From Moniliella sp. 'wahieum' (lineage: Eukaryota), in the NCBI GenBank assembly GCA_003971905.1, contig RSEE01000060.1, positions 124,001 through 188,000 of the forward strand: a stretch of DNA of 64,000 bases. The letters are read 5' to 3'. The notes below the pieces were generated by a model. That model was not told where the DNA came from, made no database searches, and worked only from the letters and a program-made list of their open reading frames with translations. A program made the translations under genes and the position numbers. Positions 59,575-64,000 of this stretch are shown here, piece by piece (the first letter of the stretch is position 1; every line of letters starts with the position of its first letter).

Positions 59575-62353
59575 TTACCTCGGACTGGGAGGAGGCAGCC
59601 AAGGAGAAGGGGATAGCGGACCAGCCGGGATGGGGGAAGGGACCAAGGGAGAAGGAGGAATGGGCGAGGCGGATGTCCTTCTTCCTCTCAGACTGGGTGG
59701 AGCTGAATCCGCATATCCATAAGCATCCACCACCCCTTCTTCGGCATAGACACATTCATCCCCCTCCAGGGGCGTAAGGGGGGTCCGGGGGGGATTGACT
59801 CCCCCATTGGGGGGGCGCTGTTCCGGCTCATCAGGCCAATCGAAGGGGGTGGGACGAGGGAGAGGGCACTTGCCCTGGGCGGCGAGGAGGCTCCGCTGGC
59901 GTACCTACCCGATGGGGTTCGGGTAAACGATGAGGGGGCCAGTGCCAGGCCAACACTACCCTCCGACCCACCGGAAGGCCAGGCCTCGTCATAGTAGAAT
60001 GCGGGCAGAGCAGTGTCGCGGTACGATGCATTCGGCTGTTCGCCCGTGTCATTTTCCCAAGGGGGCTCAGCGCCCCGAGCAGCCACGCTCACCTTGTCAT
60101 CAGCCGGTTCGGGAGCGGGGAAACGCTTGGAATCAGGATCCAACTCTTCCTTGTCATCCAAGCCTTCCTCCTTGTCCCCCTCCTGACCTGCCGAGTTCCA
60201 CCCCTTGTCGGGATGGGACGTGGTGGGTTGCAACAACATGAGCGAAGTCACCGAGTTTTGACCCGGGACATGGGTGTGGTATCCGTACCCCCAATCGTCA
60301 CTAACGTCCCCCTTATTTGATCTTCCATCTCCTTGTCCACCACGGGAGGCTGGGAACGTCGTGAATTCGCTCCAGAACGAAGTCTAGGGGAGAGAAGGGT
60401 TCTCCAACTGGGACGGCCAGCGTCTCCAGAATTGTCGACCGAAGTATCGGACGATTCTCCGGGAAGGCTAAAGCTTCCTGCTCGGGCCGCGTGGAGCGGC
60501 CAGAGGGGGCACGGTAAACTTGAGGGGAATCAGAGGGCTTCTCGCTGAGTGGGTCATCGGACGCAGCAGCACCGCGATAAAAGCTGCCTGCGGAAGCTGT
60601 GGTTGACCGAGCTGAGTTTTTGCGGTTTGTACCTGCAGCAGCAGTCGACTGAGCCGAAAGAGAGTGCTCCAGTGCTGCACGGCTGAAGGTGACTCTGCGT
60701 TCAGGTCCTTCGGAAGAGGTCTGGGACCGAGAGGAAGGGAACCCAGCCGTGCCGGGAACTGTGAGGTGGGTCCCTGACGGTGGAGGGGCCACTTCATCTT
60801 CCTGTACACTGGCCAAAATGGGATGAACCCGGACCGGGTCGTCATACAGCTGATATCGAGCACATCCATCCGGCCCTGGCATGGCCGTCAGAGCGTCGGT
60901 GCTCCGGTCCCCGGGGAACGCATTGGAATGTCCGCTAGAAGAGGAGCGATGCGAGGTCCGCCGACTGCGTGCCACGCTGCGCGCACGAATGATGCTTCCC
61001 ACTATACCAAGTCCCCCGCGTACGGTCTCTGGACCAGGGTCAAGGGCCGCATCGTCGTCGTCCTCTTGGTTGCCTCGCTCCACGTCGGAAAGGTAGGATG
61101 GATCGGGGGGTGGACTGCCAGGCCGGACCATTGCCTTTTCCTCCTCCCGATCACGGCGAACGTAGGACCGGCTGGCACGGAGTAGAAGGGTGGTCCTCCG
61201 GTCCACACCAGGCTGCTTGGCTAAGTCCTTGGGGTCCAACTTGCTCAGCTGGAGAATGGTGATCCCAATGCAGATGGTGAGGAAGGCACAGACAATACTT
61301 GCAATTCCTGAAGCGGGTGCGCCCAGACCCTTGTCCAGGATGATGGTGCTGACCAAGCTGCTAAACGTAAAAAGAACATAATAGGTCGCTGTTGGCATGG
61401 TCAGTGTTAGAATCCAAAAAAGGAAGAAGGACGTACGAGTGACCATGGCGGTATTGAACAGTTCCAGCGCCTTGTTCAGGAAGATGACCTCGGTGACAAG
61501 GGTAACCGCGACAAAGACAAGGAGGAAGTAAACAAACCAATGTTTCATCTGGTTGTGTCCTTGGATGGAGAGAAGAAGAGCGCCCCCCAAACCAGTTGTG
61601 ACGCTGACGCTTAGACCGCCAATGATGGAGCAAATGGAGATGTGGACCAGCATGTGGTCTTGCCCCACCGGGGTACAGCAAAGATGATAAGCAAGATGGT
61701 AGCCACCACACTGAGCCCAACCCAAACCAGAAACCCAGGGGCAATGAACTGGTGCATGAACTCCTCGATCCGGCCTGCTGGTGTGGGAAGGGGCGTTGAG
61801 AGCGATGGTGGTAGAGCCAAGGATGCAGAGTGCACAGCCCAGCCAGCCAAAGAGGGAAAGCTTTTCCTTCAAGATGAGAGAAGACAGGATGGCGCTGATC
61901 ACGACGCTCAGTGCGCCCATGGGGGTAACAATCACCGCGTCTGCAAACGAGTACGCTCCCAGATTACACAGCTCGCCCAGGATCATCAATGTCATTCCGC
62001 ACCACCATCGGGCCGACTTGAGATAGGACATGCCTTCGCCCGGGGTGGTCTGGTACTTTTTCTGTGCGGCGAGCAGCCGAGTTTTTTGATAACAAACGAG
62101 AAGCCAATGAGCACGCCACTTGAGATGGCCAGCACCAGGCCGACATACTGGAACCAGGAGGGGTTGGCGGCGCCATTCGAGTTGGCAGGCTGGCCCTGGG
62201 CGACGTTGGTCGCGACGCGCTGGGCGGAGGACAAGGCGCTGCTGGCGGAGCGCATGGCTGACGAGGCGGAGAGCTGGGCGGCGCTGGCGGAGGACAGGGC
62301 GCTGGCCGAGGAGGCCGAGAGCTCGGCGGCGCTGCTGGCGGCGCGGGCGACAT
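59575..62353 (-). CDS. NIPA-family Mg2+ transporter with long disordered C-terminus
   Basis: VGLVLAISSGVLIGFSFVIKK, YLKSARWWCGMTLMILGELCNLGAYSFADAVIVTPMGALSVV, ISICSIIGGLSVS, FLNKALELFNTAMVT|PTYYV across intron 61389-61436. Both ends approximate. Confidence 0.88.
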
Positions 62354-63013
62354 GCTGCCGGGCATGGCTTGCCGCCGTGGCGAGGGGGTGCTAGGGGGCA
62401 GAGGCAAGGGCAAGACGGCCATCGCACCCGCAGGTCCATGCAGCACCAGCGTGGGGGGGTGGGGGTGGGGGCGAGGGGGGCGAGGGGGCGAGGTGGGGGC
62501 GAGGGCGTGGCGGAGGGGGGGGTGCTGGAGTGGGTGCTGGCTGGGCCATGCCATCGTGCTGGGCACGCGGCGAGCAGGAGGGCGTGGGTGTCTCGGGCGC
62601 TGGGCGGGACACTGCGCTGGTGCGCTTGTTGCACCACCTTCCACATAGAGCGCTGGGCCAGCACTGCCCCCGTGCGGCAGCGGCCCACGCCGGCAGTTTT
62701 GCGGTTGTGTTTTGCTGTGCTCTCGGGCGAGGCATCACGCGGACATCACATGTCACACATCACCCGCTGCTCACGCTTGCACCGATCGCCAGCACCGCCC
62801 ATCGATATGTCGCTCCCGCCCTGTCCGTGGACGCACCAGGCGAAGGCACCGCCACTCCTCTCCCTTCGATGTCGGCAGCAGGCCAGACGGCACCCTTGCC
62901 TACCACACCTTTCCTACCACCATCCTTACCACCATCGTTACCATCTTCCCTACCACCTTCCCCCTCCCACCGTCCTTGCGCCAGCCTCACACATGCATCC
63001 CATTCACTCCACA

Positions 63014-64000
63014 CTACAACAGCGCCTGCAGCTCGTGCCGGCCATAGTCGTTCCGCTCGTCCGACAGCTCCTGCATGTTGGGGTAAAACGGCACCAGTGC
63101 CGCCTGGGCGCCGAGGTAGTTGGTGTTGTAGGTGCGGACATAGATGCTGCGCACCTTGCGTGCCGGATGGAACAGGCCCTGGAGCGTGTAGTTGAGCAGC
63201 ACCCCGGGTCCCAGTGCCACCCGCATCGCCTCGACCGCTTCCATCACCGCCCCAATCACATGCGGCGACAGTTCAAAGATGTTGGGCCAGACGAGGTTGA
63301 GCAGATGCTGCATCGAGTCCTCTTGCCCTAGCCCAGCCACGCCCAAGGCCAAGTGCTTGACAATCGACGCTGCCGTCTGGCGGTGCACGTGGTCCCGGTC
63401 CGTCAACGCATCCTCCAACGCACCCAGCACCGAGTAGACATAGTCCTTGCCCATCTCCCCAATGTACTCAAACACGAACGACAGCGCCTTCAGCACCCCG
63501 GTCCGGACGTTCAGCTCCGGTTGACGGTACTCGTTGAGCAGGTACGGAATCGTGATAAACGGTCCTGTCGTCTCGGCTACAATCGCAATCGCCACCGTTG
63601 AGCACACGCGCGACTGACGTTCCTGAACCCGCAAGTTGGTAAGCAACACTTGTAGTACGTCTTGCGGGCCGATCGCCTTGGCAATGTACCCAAAACTGTT
63701 GACCGCCGCCCGACGAATGGCTTGTTTGTGGGCCTTGAGCAGATCCAGCAGCTCAAAGCAAATCCGCATCCATTCCCGCGCCGCCACGTACTCTGCACCC
63801 CGATCCGCAATCCGACCAATCAACTGGATCGAGGCCTCCTGCACCTTTTCGTGTCGATTGCGCAGAATCGGGGTCATACTTGGCAACAGATCCTTGATTG
63901 GCGGCTTCATCTCCGTCATGCCCAACACATTGGAGATAGCAGTAATGGCAGTGATGATCGACGCGAGCGCTTCGGGGAACTCTTCTCCAATCTCCTCAAA
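63014..64000 (-). CDS. SF3B1: U2 snRNP splicing factor SF3B1/Hsh155 C-terminal HEAT repeats (5' part outside window)
   Basis: [18 protein letters not shown] motif, [77 protein letters not shown]. Confidence 0.96.
   Translation of the reverse strand, partial: FEEIGEEFPEALASIITAITAISNVLGMTEMKPPIKDLLPSMTPILRNRHEKVQEASIQLIGRIADRGAEYVAAREWMRICFELLDLLKAHKQAIRRAAVNSFGYIAKAIGPQDVLQVLLTNLRVQERQSRVCSTVAIAIVAETTGPFITIPYLLNEYRQPELNVRTGVLKALSFVFEYIGEMGKDYVYSVLGALEDALTDRDHVHRQTAASIVKHLALGVAGLGQEDSMQHLLNLVWPNIFELSPHVIGAVMEAVEAMRVALGPGVLLNYTLQGLFHPARKVRSIYVRTYNTNYLGAQAALVPFYPNMQELSDERNDYGRHELQALL

Noticed and set aside
9136..62353. Frameshifts in almost every gene, which could be read as mass pseudogenisation, programmed frameshifting or RNA editing
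   Set aside because: They hit essential genes (PRE4, RPC34, NDUFS2, RPS26) indiscriminately, are mostly single missing bases often in short runs, and are not accompanied by motif decay. This is typical of unpolished long-read consensus. Short-read polishing would settle it.

Overview
Eukaryotic DNA from a GC-rich, intron-poor fungus. It is probably a basidiomycete of the Ustilaginomycotina type; this is inferred from the gene set and intron style, not from a database search. The assembly has many single-base indels, so nearly every conserved gene is split across ORF-track frames and many CDS ends are approximate. Recognisable genes in order: RPS26 (partial), intron-containing tRNA-Gly(GCC), U2AF small subunit, fumarate reductase with cytochrome b5 domain, an unknown protein, Cla4-type PAK kinase, Rex4-like exonuclease, proteasome beta-7 (PRE4), Zn alcohol dehydrogenase, peroxisomal ABCD half-transporter, Rpc34, a Cys-rich membrane protein, Syn8-like SNARE, a large coiled-coil protein, intron-containing tRNA-Glu(CTC), head-to-head IDH1/IDH2, Ypp1/TTC7-like TPR protein, complex I 49 kDa subunit, NIPA Mg2+ transporter and SF3B1 (partial). 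The most striking unexplained signal is non-coding. Upstream and intergenic DNA is full of 7-nt-period arrays made of a 6-bp A....T palindrome plus one spacer base (e.g. AAGCTT-G, ATGCAT-G, AGATCT-G, ACCGGT-T, AGTACT-T). Fifteen of the 16 possible A....T palindromes are seen flanked by TNA, and different ones are chained in register. Other notable items: U2AF1 differs at both positions equivalent to human S34 and Q157, GTACGY dominates the 5' splice sites, the RPS26 start codon appears split by an intron, Rpc34 lacks one Fe-S cysteine, and IDH1/IDH2 share a short divergent promoter.
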